The translations under genes and the position numbers were made by a program. Positions 42,627 to 58,132 of a DNA stretch of 64,000 nucleotides are shown piece after piece. Under the pieces are notes generated by a model. The model worked only from the letters and a program-made list of their open reading frames with translations. It had not been told where the DNA came from and did not search any database. This DNA is from Chrysomallon squamiferum. Its lineage: Eukaryota > Animalia > Mollusca. The stretch is taken from positions 1,736,001 to 1,800,000 of the forward strand of contig CM022672.1 of assembly GCA_012295275.1 (NCBI GenBank), written 5' to 3'. Numbering within the stretch: the first letter of the stretch is position 1; every line of letters begins with the position of its first letter.

Positions 42627-44048
42627 CTAAAAACAGACACAAAAACAGTGTGGGTCAAATGCAAATAGAACACATTTTTTTAATATTAAAAATGATTTCG
42701 GTAATAGATTTTTCATATATTAGTCAAAGTACTGTAATACATAGTTCGTTTCAGATCAAAACTGTGCATTTCAAATAATTTTTAACTGCTAAGTTGAAAT
42801 ATAGTAAATTTTAAATATTTAAAATTATTTTGATAATGGTTTGGGATATCTTATTATACTTCTTTGCATTATAGTTTATTTCACAGATTGAATTAGGTTT
42901 GTTGTTAAATAATTTCTAACACAAACAAAAACAGAAATGGTTCTAGCACTTGATAATGTTAGTAAGAAATATAATTTAAAAAAAAAAATGTTTGATGGAG
43001 ATCCATTGCTTTCTGTAGTAATTTCAAAATCATCCAAATAATATATCCAGAAAACAGAATATTACTAAAGTGTCTTTGTTTACTGCATTCATATTTGTCA
43101 ATTATTTGAAAAAATAAAAAATAAATAAATAAATAAATAAATTCTTGCAATCTAAATATATCTACTAGCTATTGAAAAAAAAGAGAAAGAAAATGTACTC
43201 TAGAAAAATACACATTTCATTATAGATATACAGTTTATCATACTTTTAATTGTTTTCCAATATACACATGGATTAAAAAATGTTTTTAAATCAAAATGTA
43301 ACCATTTGTGTGGAAAACACTAAAGTTGGTTCAGTAAAATAATTTAAAAAAAAATTCATTCCTTGATACTTAAGTTCTTTGAAACCTTAATGTAAAAGGT
43401 TTTGAAACAAAATTTGAACATACACACATGTACATATTTTAAAAATATTAACCAAAAATAATTCTGAAATCAAATCTTGACCAATTTCATTAATAAGAAA
43501 ACTGTATCCATGAAACCAAGAAAACAGTTCTAACCATCACTATAAATCCAAAGTTTATCTGTGTATTGTGAATTCCTTCAAAAACAATGAATAATGTTAA
43601 TGGTTTGCATAAAACACACCAATGCCTCTGCTATTCCTCATAAATTTATTTGTACTTGATCTTCATATCCAGATATATAAATTGATTTTAAAAACAAATT
43701 TTCACCACTTTTAAAAAAACAAAAAAAAAAACCATCCCTTTTTCCAAAAGAATATAAAAGATTTCAACAAACAGATAATCATGTGGAAACTCAAACCTTC
43801 AAAATTATTCTGAAAACAAACTGTCTTCAAAAAAAAACCCCACAACAAGTATTCAATCCACAAGGATTCTTTTTCTCCAGTGTAACAGCAAGATCACCTT
43901 TTAAGAATTCAAACCTTTTTTTAAAAAAAACCCCAAAACACTTCTAAAATCAAACTTTCGTCACTGCTACAAAAGTGAATCCCACGATGAAATTCTTTTC
44001 TACAAGAGAGAATATAAGAGATTTAAAGGATTTCGACAGCAAGATCAC

Positions 44049-44118
44049 CTTTTATGAATTCATCCCGGGCACCATCTGAACACTGGGCAGCCACCACTCC
44101 CTGTCCTGCTAACGACAT
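44049..44118 (-). CDS. KCNIP: Candidate alternative first coding exon of KChIP: MSLAGQGVVAAQCSDGARDEFIK(D)
   Basis: 70 nt = 23 codons + 1; donor AAG|gtgatc; GC-rich; downstream of a promoter-like motif cluster. Caveats: an upstream out-of-frame ATG, and the donor sits in a locally duplicated 27-mer. Confidence 0.4.
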
Positions 44119-44569
44119 ACTGGTACGTACACCAGCCAGTGCCAGGTTCAGATAGTAGTTCCATCATGCAAGCAACCTTTTCATAATTTATGACCGAAGT
44201 ATATAGATATAATATAGATAGATATATATTATGTCTTGACCTCATTGGTTTCAGATGGCCAACCTCTCTCAGTTGAAATTTCATTTTCTATATCATAAAC
44301 TAAATTCCCCAGGAGGTTTGTGACTGAAGTAGCTATATCAGTGATAGATGGTAATTCTGTTTTAAAAATGATGAAAAAGTTTCAGTTTTGTGTGCTAATA
44401 ACGAGTGATAATGAAGCTTATGAAAGCGGGAAATATTGCATGTTGGGAAGCACGCAGGGAACATCAAATATATGCAGTAATTCCTTCAGCGGTGTCGAGG
44501 TGATGTGAAAATAATTCCTCGGGGACTTGCTTTATCATGCCTCAGTCCAACTGTAATCAAGAAATCTAC

Positions 44570-44745
44570 TTACGTATTCATCTCAGATGGCCGATTTCTT
44601 GTGCCAATCCAGAAAAGACATGCACATCTCAGATAAGATTAGCAGCCGATTGGTGGAGGACTGGTCACGTGACTTCACAACAGTGAGTTGTCGTTGGTTA
44701 CAGTGAGAATGTGCAATGAAATGAGGCCGATTAAAGGATGCGATT
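44570..44745 (-). promoter_or_regulatory. Putative proximal promoter: palindromic E-box GTCACGTGAC plus CCAAT boxes
   Basis: GTCACGTGAC at 44664-44673, ATTGG at 44649-44653 and CCAAT at 44604-44608, in a CpG-retaining patch within CpG-poor DNA about 2 kb upstream of exon A. A consensus donor (AC|gtaagt) is at 44574/44573. Confidence 0.5.
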
Positions 44746-46703
44746 GAGAGAACTTTGTCTCATTGAAATGCTAATTATTTCAAAGATGTTTAAAAATTTA
44801 TTTTCATTTTTTAATTAGGGTTAAAAAAAAAATATATAAAAAAAAATGTATAGCATGCAGTGGTTATTCATTTCCAAGAGGTATGGCCTTGACCTTGAAA
44901 AGGGGAAATAACTCCTTTATTGTTTTTCTAGCAAAACATTTGTTGGTGGTTTTTATTTTTGGGGGTTTGTGATTTTTTTTTGCATTTATTTTGCAATATT
45001 TTTACTTTAACTTGAAGGAATAAACCCACTTCTGGCAAAAACTAGCAGAAGTTTTTTTTTTTTTTTCTTATTGATTTTTGTAAAATAATTGTTTTAGTTA
45101 AAACTAAACAGTAAAACACATTATTATTTTTTAGTTTTTATCTTATTATAATTGATAACATAAATATCTAATAATATTGAAAACATTAATATTTAATTGT
45201 AATGTTTCATAATTATTTTAATGCCATACTTCAAACAGTTTAACTTGGAAGCATAAATAATTTGATCAGACCATTTACTCATACCTTTACCAGTACACTT
45301 TAAAAAAAAAATAATAATAATTAAAAAAAACACACTGAAAAATTTATATTTTCTAGCACTAATGGCATACATTTTCTGTAATCCATTTTTTAAAACTAAA
45401 AAATAATAACTTCAACTACATTTCTATGAGAAACTATCTAGGATCAATGAAAAGTGTTTAATGAAGTTTCTGAAATGTAAAGATAATAATCCATGCTATA
45501 TGACGTACAACAAGAGTTACATGTAGTCATAAACATTTTATTTTTTGATCAATACAAACCATTATCACCCATGCAGTCATGGATTAAACAGACTGCAATT
45601 AAAAAGCTTATTTTACACACCAAGGTGCTTCATTCCTACATTATCAACTACTTGTACTTATTAATGGGACATAATGATTTTTTTTATTTTTAAATACCAT
45701 CATTAAAACATTCATCCATTTATTAATCTTTGGAAATTTCTGTTAATTTTTCTTCATTCTATTTCATATTAAACAAAAAAAACCTCCCAAAAATGATATA
45801 AATATGTTTTTCTAATAACTCAATTTTTCCTGTATTAATCCACATATAAGATATTTCTTTTTTTACAGAATCCAGAATCAATAAAAATCCATTAAATAAC
45901 AGTTCTGAAACCCAAAGATAAGGTTGAGTTGCACTGATCCATACTACTCTTTATGCTATTGCATGTTCTGTGGACTATTCACACTTATTACACAAAGCTC
46001 AGCTGGTGAGGTAAATTCTGTAAGACAGGATGAACAGGGAAGCAGTTATTGGAATACAATGGTGAGAAAATTAAACAGGATTATTCGTTTTTCAAGCAAT
46101 GAAATGTTGCAGAAATCAGTGATTATTTCGAGTGCAAATCATCTGTGAAGTTCAATACAATCATTTAATTTTCTCATTCCCTTGTAACTGAATTATTAAT
46201 TTTTAAATCTTTTGGAATGAGGTTAAGAGATTACATTGATGGATTTGTTGTTATTATTATTTTTTTTAATTTGTTATTGTTTAGAAATTAATTTTATTAT
46301 ATGTTATAAGAATTTTTTAATTTTATGTTCGTGTTATTATTTTTTGGAAGTAATTTAATTTTTTGATTTAGTTTGTTCTAAATTTAACTACATTTTGGTA
46401 GCATTTAATTCTAAATTAAATAATTTTAATTTTAATATATTTATTTTATTTTGTTTCATTTTATTTCACTATAATATATTTATTTACTGTTACCAAATTT
46501 AATTAATATTAAATTGTTTTAATTAACATCTTTTTTAAATTCTCTTTATTTTTCCAACATAACCTACAAACAAATACTAAAATCAAATTCTTTATAACAA
46601 AATAAATTAAAATGATCTGCTGGTTTATTCAAATAAATTTGTGTCTATCTGTAAGTGTGTGTTTGTGTGTTGTGTGTGTGTGTGTGTGAGTGTCTGTGTG
46701 TGT

Positions 46704-46735
<32 letters not shown>

Positions 46736-47735
46736 TAGTTAGGGGGGAGGCAAAATAGTACAAAGACGAAGACATCTGTTTTTACTGACATAAAACTGTC
46801 ATTCATTTGTATTTTCTTAAGCCAAGATAAATTACATTAAAGAAGATGCCAATTTTGAAATTAATAATGTTGATATCTATACATTACATTTATACATTAA
46901 AAAAGACATTCACGCAGACACACACACACACACACAGAATGAAAACAATTACAGTTTTTTGTTATAAGATATGACATGTTTCTGAATATAACTCTGTAAT
47001 ATATATATATATAGCTGAACAAATTAACTGGAATCTCTATTTCCACCTTCTTACCAAAAGCACCTTTATGTGCTATACAGTATACCAGTAGGTAAACAAA
47101 TCAACTAGAATTGCTTCTTCTGCAGTAATTTCCACCTACTTGCCAAAAAGAAACTGGTACCACCTAGAATTTCATCATCTGCAGTAAATTCCACCTCTTT
47201 ACCCAGGGCACCATAATTTATTCTGACACCAAATTTACTTAGCAGATTTCATCATCATACATTACATTTGTTTTTCTTAGGTTCATCTTCATAAACATGT
47301 CACATACTTCAGATTATCGTTCTTTTTATTTTGCTTTCTTTAAGGATTTTGGTTTTGTTTTTCAATTCTGGTGGTAAATAAGACAAGAATAACAGAACAT
47401 TTTTTCACTTGTTGGGTATAGGTATCTCTTTAGCATTGGTTTCAAACATACCATCAAGTTCAAGGAGTCTGGGCTATATGCCAGTGACATAGCAGTCAAT
47501 GGGTTAACCTGGATCAATGCAAAAGTTTTAGATAGTATGTCTTCTTTAAAACACTTATTTTTTTCTTCTGTAAACAAGTATGTATTTATGAGTAAAGGTG
47601 TATACATTTGTGTATGTGCTTAAATGCTTTAAATGTATGTATGGATGGATGGATGGATGGATGTGTTAGCATGTATGTGGCATAAATGTATGTTTGTTTC
47701 TGTAAGTATATATGGAGTAATGTATGTACATATGT

Positions 47736-47770
<35 letters not shown>

Positions 47771-48221
47771 ATGTATTTTCCAAAAACACATGCTGTATCA
47801 CCCACAACTACTGTGAAAAACAAATCAAATGATGCATTTTAAATGCATGTGTTTAACAATCACCTCCATCTTAATCTCCATGTTTACACTCATCTGGGGA
47901 TTTGCTTAATATCTTGTTTTTGTAACTGACCACTGTTCCATGTCACTGACAGGCATTTTCTCTCTGCTGCCATATTGTTTATCTTTTAGATGGAATGTTT
48001 GATCATCTATTCATCCATAAGTCTATTAACACACGTCTGTGAATCTATCAATGCATTAGCAGCTATCATCCTACCAGTTTGTCTGTGTTTAGCTCAATAT
48101 CAATAATGCATAAATGTCAATCAACTTAAATATATATATATATATAATAAAAAAAACTATCTAACTAACAATTACTTATAATACAGATGATAAACTTTCA
48201 CAATGTACAAAGACTTCATAC

Positions 48222-48261
48222 CTGGCTTCTTCATGGGATCAATTCTTCGTAGCGGACCCAT
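48222..48261 (-). CDS. KCNIP: Candidate alternative first coding exon of KChIP: MGPLRRIDPMKKP(D)
   Basis: ATG preceded by an in-frame stop; 40 nt = 13 codons + 1; donor CAG|gtatga; phase 1 matches exon A; locally GC/CpG-richer than its flanks. Confidence 0.55.
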
Positions 48262-48599
48262 GAGTAACCTCTTATATAATCAATGTAGTAAGTAAAATGT
48301 CTTGTTATGTTACACCTCCACACAATATCATTCAAATGTTCTGGTATGTTGTATCTTGATATGATCAATGCCATACATTATTATAGCATATAAAATAGCT
48401 TGCTACAATCAGTTTCCTTCAAATGTCTTTGTAGAATGCACTCACATTGTACAGTGAATAACCTGTGTCTTTTTATGATCAGGGTTCTTCAGTTCCAATA
48501 TTAAATGTTGTTAATGACCTTGAGCAATGTCTTCAAATGTACTTTGCCATGCATGTCACTGTTTGATTAATGTCCTTCAAGTGATTGTCCAACTTGCTG

Positions 48600-48890
48600 T
48601 CTTTTGCTCTGATTTCCTATACTTTGGTAATACACTTTAAATGGTAAATCAAATGTCGTGGAATATTATGCCTTGAAATAATCAATATCCTTTCAAACTG
48701 TCCAACAAATATCTTGCAATATTAAGCCCTGGTACAATTAATATCTTTTCAAAAGGTTCATCAAATATTTTCAAATATTATACTTTGGTACAAACAATAT
48801 CCTTTAAACTGGTACAACAAATGTTTTTGGAATGTTAAGCCTTGGTAAAAATCTGTGTCCTTCAAAGGATACATCAAACACTTCTTGGTT
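48600..48890. repeat. Degenerate 56-bp-period minisatellite
   Basis: The aat(a/g)tta anchor recurs at about 48662, 48718, 48774 and 48831, each followed by ttgg/ttga..aa..aatatc.ttt.aaa. Confidence 0.75.
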
Positions 48891-49188
48891 ATAATCACTG
48901 CTGTGAAGTAAAATTATCCTATACTTTTCAGCCATTTACAGCAGCATCTTCAACAACCTGGCCTATTTAACCCAGCTGTCCGCACCATCTAGCTGTGACA
49001 GTTTACCACAACCGATATCAAATTAAACATGGATTCCCTAAAGCATTCCTTTCCTTCCATCATCAGCACATTCTACATTACTGCAGGTTTTTTCTGTTTT
49101 TGATTTAAAGTATAATAAAGTTTTCTGCTGAATGTTCCGATATTTCCCTTTTCAATCTGAGACAAGTCCACTGAAACCCCTAACTTAG

Positions 49189-49220
<32 letters not shown>

Positions 49221-50803
49221 CCCTTTTGATGAACAACATGACACTTGCTAGCAGAGAGGCCGACAGAGGCCCAATAAAGCCACTAAATTACTGAGATGGT
49301 ATTTTTCAATTCATCCTCCATTCTGGCTGAAGCAAAGTTAATCTACTCAGATGAAATATTTCCAATGATGGCAAGCAAAGCAATATCGATTTGCCATTTC
49401 TTTGGCAAAAACAACAAGAGTTTTGGGATAAAGATTTTGGGGAAATCTTGAGCTGATTTTGAAGGATTTTTGCTGTTAAGCAATCAGATAATAATACGAG
49501 AAGCAGATAATAAAAGGTTTTAGAAAATCACTCTGCAGAAGAAGAATTAATTAATGGAATAAATAAGAATCTGTGAACAGCAAGACAGCCAGCAGATCTG
49601 CTGTTGCTAACTGAAAACAAGAGCAGCCCATCCTGTATGTCGTCTGTAAGTCAGATAAAACAAAAAGCTTTTAAAACTTTTAAATTATTGTGAAAAAAAT
49701 AATTAGAGAATGTAATCAGTGGATATTATGTAGAAGTATTTAATTCTAAAACAGACATCTTAATAATACTTAGAGTTAAAAACCACAGATCCAGTGTTTC
49801 CCTTTCACTGTTACTGTCATCTATTTGACTGCCTGTCTGTTTGTCTATGTGTCTCTGTCTATCTGTTTGTCTGTCTATATATATGTGTGTCTCTTTCTAT
49901 CTTATTTTGTCATTATCTGACCATACGTAAATCCAATTAAAATTCATTCTCTATGTTAATGTGTTCCAATAAATATGCTGCTTAAGGCAGCAGAAAACAA
50001 TTACATGTAAGAAATACGTTTCCAAAGAAACAAATGGTACCAAACTAGGCAGGAATTTAATAAATGTTAAACATGCAAAGACAGCAGCATCAGAACTAAC
50101 AGACTTTGGTCTTTAGCCAGTAATCCAGTTACTCAGATAAGAAGCCAGCAATAAAAACAGCTTTCAAAGAAATACTGTGTAAGAATCCAATTTAGTCTGG
50201 GTGTGTTGCTATTAGCATTTCTAAATAGGCTTACAAACCCCGAAAATCTGAGAAGAGCTTTTAAAAAAAATGAAGAAAAAAAAAAAAAAAAAAAAAAAGA
50301 AAAAAAGAAAGATAAGGAAAGAAAACAAGAATAGAAAGTGAAAAGGAAAAAGAAGTTAGAAAAATAAAATAAAAAGAATGAAAAACAAAACAAATCTAAA
50401 TATTCTTAAAGGCTTTGGTTGTGCATCTTGTGCTAAATTCTACAAATCGTGCTCTTATCTAACTACTTAGCTCTTGAATTAAGTTAGTGGAAACCAATGG
50501 TAAAAAAAAAAAATGTTCTGTTTAACCCAATCCTAAGTGAATATTTCATCTGGGTTAAACTAATTTGAAATCGTTAGACAGTGGGCATGCAGTGGTTGGT
50601 GAATCAGTAATAGGTTGTGTAATACTTAAAAGTCTGCTGAAGAACAACTTTGAAAAAAAAACAATTACAAGAAAGATTTTCTTGTTGCACGTACACATTA
50701 TTTTTGTTATCTGGGAGGTCCACTGAGAAAACTTGAAAGTGGCTACACTTAAGAATACCAAAATATCAGTTACAACATACAGACATGCATGCACAGTCAC
50801 ATG

Positions 50804-50842
<39 letters not shown>

Positions 50843-50883
50843 ACAAAAAACTAAATTGCAGTTATAACATAGTCTGCTCTTTT

Positions 50884-50920
<37 letters not shown>

Positions 50921-51511
50921 CAAACTAATCAGTTATTCACCAATAAGCAACCCATCTGACTAAGTGATAAACCTCTGTTTTGTAAAGCTTATTTCACTGC
51001 CAGGAATCTGCATATCACTGATGTATCACACCTGAGACAATTACTTATCAACGAGATGTGCAGTTACTCTCAGACTGGTGGAAGGCAATAACACACTCTT
51101 CACATTAACTCCCCACTGACTCTTCCAATCAGTGGCTGGGAATAAAAACTGTTATGAAGTCTGAGAGCAATTTTATGTCTGTCCATCGCAGAATCCGATA
51201 AAAGGTTGACAAGTTTTGTGTGAGAATAACATTGATTTCTGTCTCCGATTCTGGACGTGAACAATCTTCAAGTGACCACTGTGCTGGAGATGTGATTGTT
51301 AAAACAGAAGTCGTGTTACTGTTGGATTAGGTGCAAGAATCTTATGTTTAATACCAGAGCTGAGGCTTTGAGGAGGCAAGGAAATGTTGTCGTGTGACAA
51401 TTCATCACCTGTTTAAGGATGGGATCAAGATGCCAGTGTCGTCACTCAGTTTAAAAAAATCTTCTGTTAGTTGTAAAAACAACATGTATATAGTAATAAA
51501 ATATAATAAAA

Positions 51512-51573
<62 letters not shown>

Positions 51574-51661
51574 ATGAAACAAATAAATTCAGCTGCACCA
51601 TCAGAAATTACATCATATGCAGGATGATGCATTTATGTGCACAAGTGAACCTACACAAACT

Positions 51662-51703
<42 letters not shown>

Positions 51704-51779
51704 GCCCACAGTCATAGAAACACAAACACACCACTATGTTAATCAGTTTAATTATTCTCAATACAAAATATTCACACAA

Positions 51780-52553
<774 letters not shown>

Positions 52554-52854
52554 CCAGTGAGAATATTCCAATCTACATAAATTCAGTATAATTAACAGGT
52601 TTCAAGTATTAACTCCTTCAGGCTGTCGACTAAATTTTCAATTATTTGTCACTTTCTCAAATTACACTTGACAAAAGTGAAAATTGATTTTTCTTTTCAA
52701 CAGTAACTGTGTCATGCTGGGAAAGAAAATTTAATTTGACCAAGATGAACATCAACGGGTTTAACTGTTGCTCACACACAGAAACACACACACACACACA
52801 CACACACACTGACAGACATTCAGATGTACATAGTAACAGTATATTAAAGAAGAG

Positions 52855-53075
52855 AGGCTGGGTGCCAGGTTCAAGTCTGTTTCATAGCAGAATAAAAGTT
52901 CTGTATCTTATCTATTTCAGTAAGCACTACTTCAATGTTTTATGAAAGGATATGGGATGTGCTGTCTTGCCCATGTAAAAGATCCCTTGCTGCTACTCAG
53001 CAGGTGTGGCTTATAGTGTATGACAGTGGGTTTTTCTTCTTTAATCATTGAAAAATAAAACATGTTTAATACTTG
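52855..53075 (+). mobile_element. Degenerate SINE-like element
   Basis: Core 'ggatgtgctgtcttgcccatgtaaaagatcccttgctgctact...gacagtgggttttt' is related to reverse-orientation copies elsewhere in the window and resembles tRNA-derived SINEs I recall from molluscs; family not verified. Confidence 0.6.
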
Positions 53076-55079
53076 GTTTATATTATGTGTATATATACAA
53101 AAGTGTAAGTAACTAACCAACTAAATAAATATATGTATATATGCGTGGGTGTATATATATGTATGTACATATGTATATATGTAGACATATTTGTCAGTGT
53201 GTAAGTATACACATATATCAAATGTATATCTGTGTATGTGTGCATATGGATATGCCTCTTTCTGTGTCAGTATGTATAAATGTATAAGTATAATGCAAGC
53301 ATCAGAGGAAGCCAAATAAAAAGAAGAAGAATCCCAAAAATTAAAGCTTTGAGAAAACGGAGAGATTACAACAAACCTCAACTCCCAGCTCTTGATAAAT
53401 ACTGCATGTGTTAATTGGTGTGGTGGGTCTCGTTGTCGTTTGACCAAACATTTCAATTAGAGTAATATTGTGATGTTTGATAAACTCTCATCAATTATTC
53501 ATTGCCTCTGCTTGTTGAACCCATCAGCAGCTATTGATTGCCTGCCCGGTTCACATTTAGTTTGGGTGACGTCTTTTGCCTGCTAATCAGTGTAGTGGTA
53601 AATATTTCAGTGTGTTATTACGGAGCACCGAGGGTTTCGATACACAATGCATGAGCACTGTAAGCCAGGGCTGCACTTAATCCCTTTCACACAGTTTAAC
53701 TTTGTGTGCACTGAACATTTTGTAGCAAAGCATGTTTGCCTCAGGCGTTAGTCCACTTGTGCACTCGTTTAGCCTGTTTTTCCCATTCCAGACAGGTTTT
53801 TCGTAAGGATAAAGCATTCTCCTGCATCATAAATAACCACGGGTATAATTCTGAGACTGTTTTTCACATTCCAACTAATGCTTTCTAAGAGTATTTTATT
53901 TTCCCAGGACACACAAGATCAAAGACATGCATGGGTTATTTCCTATTCCAGCTAAAAAAAATTCATTGGTTAAGCATTTGTCTGGGCACAAAATGATACA
54001 GTTTTATCTGTTGTTCCTTTTTTCAATTTCAACCAAGACTCTCTTCTTGAAAATAAATATCAGGAACAATATTTGACTTGTGCTCCATAACTGATGAATC
54101 AAAGGCAATTAATTATGCACTCTGCATTCAACTGGAAGGTGCAAATAAAGATCCATTCTGTTGATCAAAAAAAAATAACCCATAAAGTTATGGCAACAGG
54201 TTGTCCCTTTAATTATTTCTCCTAGAAAACTGTATAGTTTATCTCTGACAATAACAGACAGTAAAATATATTGATATGTCCTTGTTGTTAGCCAGATGCA
54301 TTACTGGTTAATGTATGAACAAGAACATCAACAACAAATGGGATTTCTAGATAGAACTTACATGCTTAACTTAAGCTTCATTAAATTATCATTTATTTTC
54401 AAAGCAATGGAAATAAATATCTGCTTAATGTGCATTATAATGGTGTTTAAAACAGTGGGTGTGAATGATTGCGTGTTATGTATATATTTTATGTGTTCGT
54501 TTTTTGTATAAATGTAATATGTATGTACTGTACATATGTATGTGTGTCTAAACATGTATGTGTGTGTATATATGTATGTGTGTGCATGTGTAGTACACAG
54601 AAACACATACACACTCATACAAATATTTACTTCATTAAATTTTATTATAGACTTCTGTGCAGCATACAACACAGCCTCTCTTTGTATGCTACCTGTATGG
54701 TTACTTCTTGCTACACTTCAGTGAAAGGAAATGTTCTCCATGTGTTGTGAATCTGGAGTAAACTTCAGTTATTCTGAGCCGAGTCTTGCAAGAGACAGAC
54801 ATACATGTTTCCTGTAATCTGACTTGTAACACTGATGTCATAAACTGAGTGATTTGTCTTGGTTTTTTTTCTGCAGTGAAATAAATACCTGGCTTAGAGT
54901 AACTGAAGAATATGAACAAAATAACGGATGAGAGAATTTAGTATTAAAGTAAAATTATTTAGTGGTTATTAGAGATGTGATAACAGTGTGTATGTGTGTA
55001 TGTATGTGTGTGTGTGTGGTATCTTTTTCAGAATATGAATATATGCTTGTTTGTATATGTATCTCTATTTATCTCTATG

Positions 55080-55137
55080 TCTCTATCTGTCTATATCTAT
55101 ATATGTATGTATATGTATGTATGTATGTATGTATGCA

Positions 55138-55170
<33 letters not shown>

Positions 55171-55353
55171 ATGTATATGTATGTATGTGTATATATGTAT
55201 ATATTTATGTATCTATGTATGTATTTATGTATGTATGTGTGTATGTATGTATGTATGTATGTATCTATGTATGTATATATGTATGTATGTATGTATGTGT
55301 GTGTGTGTGTATGTATGTATGTATATATGTATGTGTATGTATATGTATGTATG

Positions 55354-55385
<32 letters not shown>

Positions 55386-55445
55386 TCTATGTATGTATGT
55401 ATGTGTTTTTGTATGTATGTATGTGTTTGTACATATGTATGACTG
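55080..55445. repeat. (TATG)n-dominated satellite
   Basis: Direct reading; explains the YVCM ORFs at 54962-55489. Confidence 0.95.
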
Positions 55446-56859
55446 TATGTGAATATAAATGTGTAAACTATTTAAATAAATTAATATAACTCTATCACCA
55501 AATTCTCCGTCTACAAAAGGGTATTAATCAGAGAAACAGCCATAAAACATTTTTATCTTCACTTTTCAATTCAAAAAAGCCAATAAACTGAAACGTTCTG
55601 CAACCATAAAAGACTTGAATCCATAACATTTTGTTACTGAAAGATATTGCTTGAATCAAAACACGGCAATAATTTAAAACGGATGCAGATTAAATGGCAG
55701 CTATATATCAAGTTCTGTCAGGTTGCCTCATGAAGACAAGCAAAGTGCCCTGCATGCATTAATCCTTTCTGTTTATGAATTTTGCCTCTTGACTACATAT
55801 CAATCAGTGTCCTGCCAAAGGGACTTTGTTGAACAGAAAAGAAACTCTGCAATATAGTTCTCTCACTTTGCAGAAAATCAACCTTAATGGCTTTGAAAAT
55901 TGTGGCAATTCATGCACAAAATATGACGAGAAGGCGATGCAAATTAGTGATTTGCTTTTTTGGCGAGAATGTAAATATAGTTATAAATATTCGATACTGG
56001 CACATTCACGTATTGTAAAACTGGCATAATGCAGACAAATATACATCCAGATGTAAACATATAGATAAATATATCTATAATGACATTCAGAAATACACAT
56101 ATATACAGATGCATTCAACAAACATTCACACACACATACACATAAAAAAATATGTATATCATTAACACACATACAAGTAATAGATTTACACACACAACTG
56201 ACACATACAACAAGCAACATACACACAAAACACATGACACACACAGATATACAAACCACTACACACACACACACACACGTTAACACCCCCAGCCACAACA
56301 GCCACAACATACACATACTCAGCTTACATAAAACACACACAAAACACAAACACCATCAGTGTAGGGACTGACATACCAGGCAGTAAATTCTAAGATGTTT
56401 AAACATTAGCTTCAATGTAAGTATTAACGAGTAGGATGAAGAAATCAAATGACAAAATCAAATTACATTAAAACATTTCCAAAAATAAAAATACATGATC
56501 TGATCTTAATTTGAACTTTAATAACTTTTTTTTTTTTTTTTTTTTTTTCTAATTTATTTCTCATAGGATTTCATTTATCTCTTTCAACTTTAATTATATA
56601 CAAAAAAAAAACAAAAAAACAAGTAGGAATGTTTGGTAATGTGGAAATGAAAGATTTTTTTTTAGAAAACAGTGACATCAGGGTAGATGTGACTTTTAGA
56701 AACAGAATTAATTATATAATAAAGCAGCTACACAGAAATGCTTTATTTAAAGATATAGTGATAAAACAATTATATAATACATTTAGTTATAAATTATTTT
56801 CATAATTTTCTTATACTATTCATATGTACTTTTTTAAGGTTAATAACCATAAAGTTTAT

Positions 56860-57035
56860 GAGAAATAAAAGCTACTGCCATACAGGATGGGCTATTCTTG
56901 TTTTCAGATAGCAACAGCAGATCTGTTATAATTACCCTCTCACAGGTAGGAAAATATATGCTTTGATAAACCTCTGGGTGGAATGAAATCAAGCCCATTG
57001 AGTACACTGAGAGTAGGTTTGATCTTACAATCTAT
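56860..57035 (-). mobile_element. Degenerate SINE-like element (same family)
   Basis: 'gggctattcttgttttcagatagcaacagcagatctgttata...ctttgataaacc...ggtttgatcttacaa' shares blocks with the 33385, 38895 and 41670 copies. Confidence 0.55.
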
Positions 57036-57578
57036 CAAAAAGAGTTGGCTCTGTGTTCCAGCAAACATACTTATCACAACAAAAAAAAAATAATAATAAA
57101 TTAAAATTAAATAAAAAAAAAAAAAGGGTTTCCAGAGATTGTGGAGTCCAAAGTGAGTGCATTCACACTCAAGCCACATACAGTTTGCAATGAAACAATT
57201 ACCTCTCTGATATTTCTGATATATGACTTTCTCAAACAGTTGTGATAAATGAATAAAAGACATGAATATTTAGAATCCAGAAATGCATCAGAGAAAGATA
57301 AGATCAGTGTCACAATTGATGATGACAGTTGATAAATCATTTTCACAGTATAAAAAAAAAAAAAGAGATGAATTAAGAACATAAAAAAGTCTACACCTAA
57401 AGTTCCATTCTGAAGAGAAATTTTCACTGATCAAAGTTTGACGTCAAGAATGACATTTTACCTCAGTAAGAAAACACAGATGAGACCAACTTTCACACAC
57501 AAACATTTTAGTAAACTATGAATTATTCATTTATCTTACTGTCAGTGGTATATCATCAAACAGTTTCTTTTCTGTTTT

Positions 57579-57705
<127 letters not shown>

Positions 57706-58086
57706 AGGTAATATATATAACAATTTAAGTAACATAAATAAGAAATTATGTGATACAAATATACATATGTAATTACCATCATTCACATATATTTTTAATA
57801 TAATTAAACCTTAAAAAAATACATATGAATAGTATAAGAAAATTATGAAAATAATTGATAACTAAATATATTATATAATTAATATGCTATGTCTGTATAT
57901 ATATATATTGATATATCTAAATCTGAAATATAAACATATAAAACAAAATATATAGCTAAATGTAGAGAATCATTTAGAGAAAACCAAGACAGAAAATGAT
58001 TTTAAAATACAAGCAGAGACAGAACTGATGATATTGATAAATTAATTGCATTTTCCTTTTATTATTAATATTAATATTAATATTGA

Positions 58087-58132
<46 letters not shown>

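Noticed and set aside
51409-51463. Cassette exon EDFFKLSDDTGILIPSLN
   Set aside because: 55 nt, so it would frameshift between phase-1 junctions; weak acceptor.
54879-54935. Hydrophobic phase-1 segment LSSVILFIFFSYSKP as a transmembrane KChIP N-terminus
   Set aside because: No in-frame ATG or acceptor before the upstream stop, and the donor gtattt is weak.
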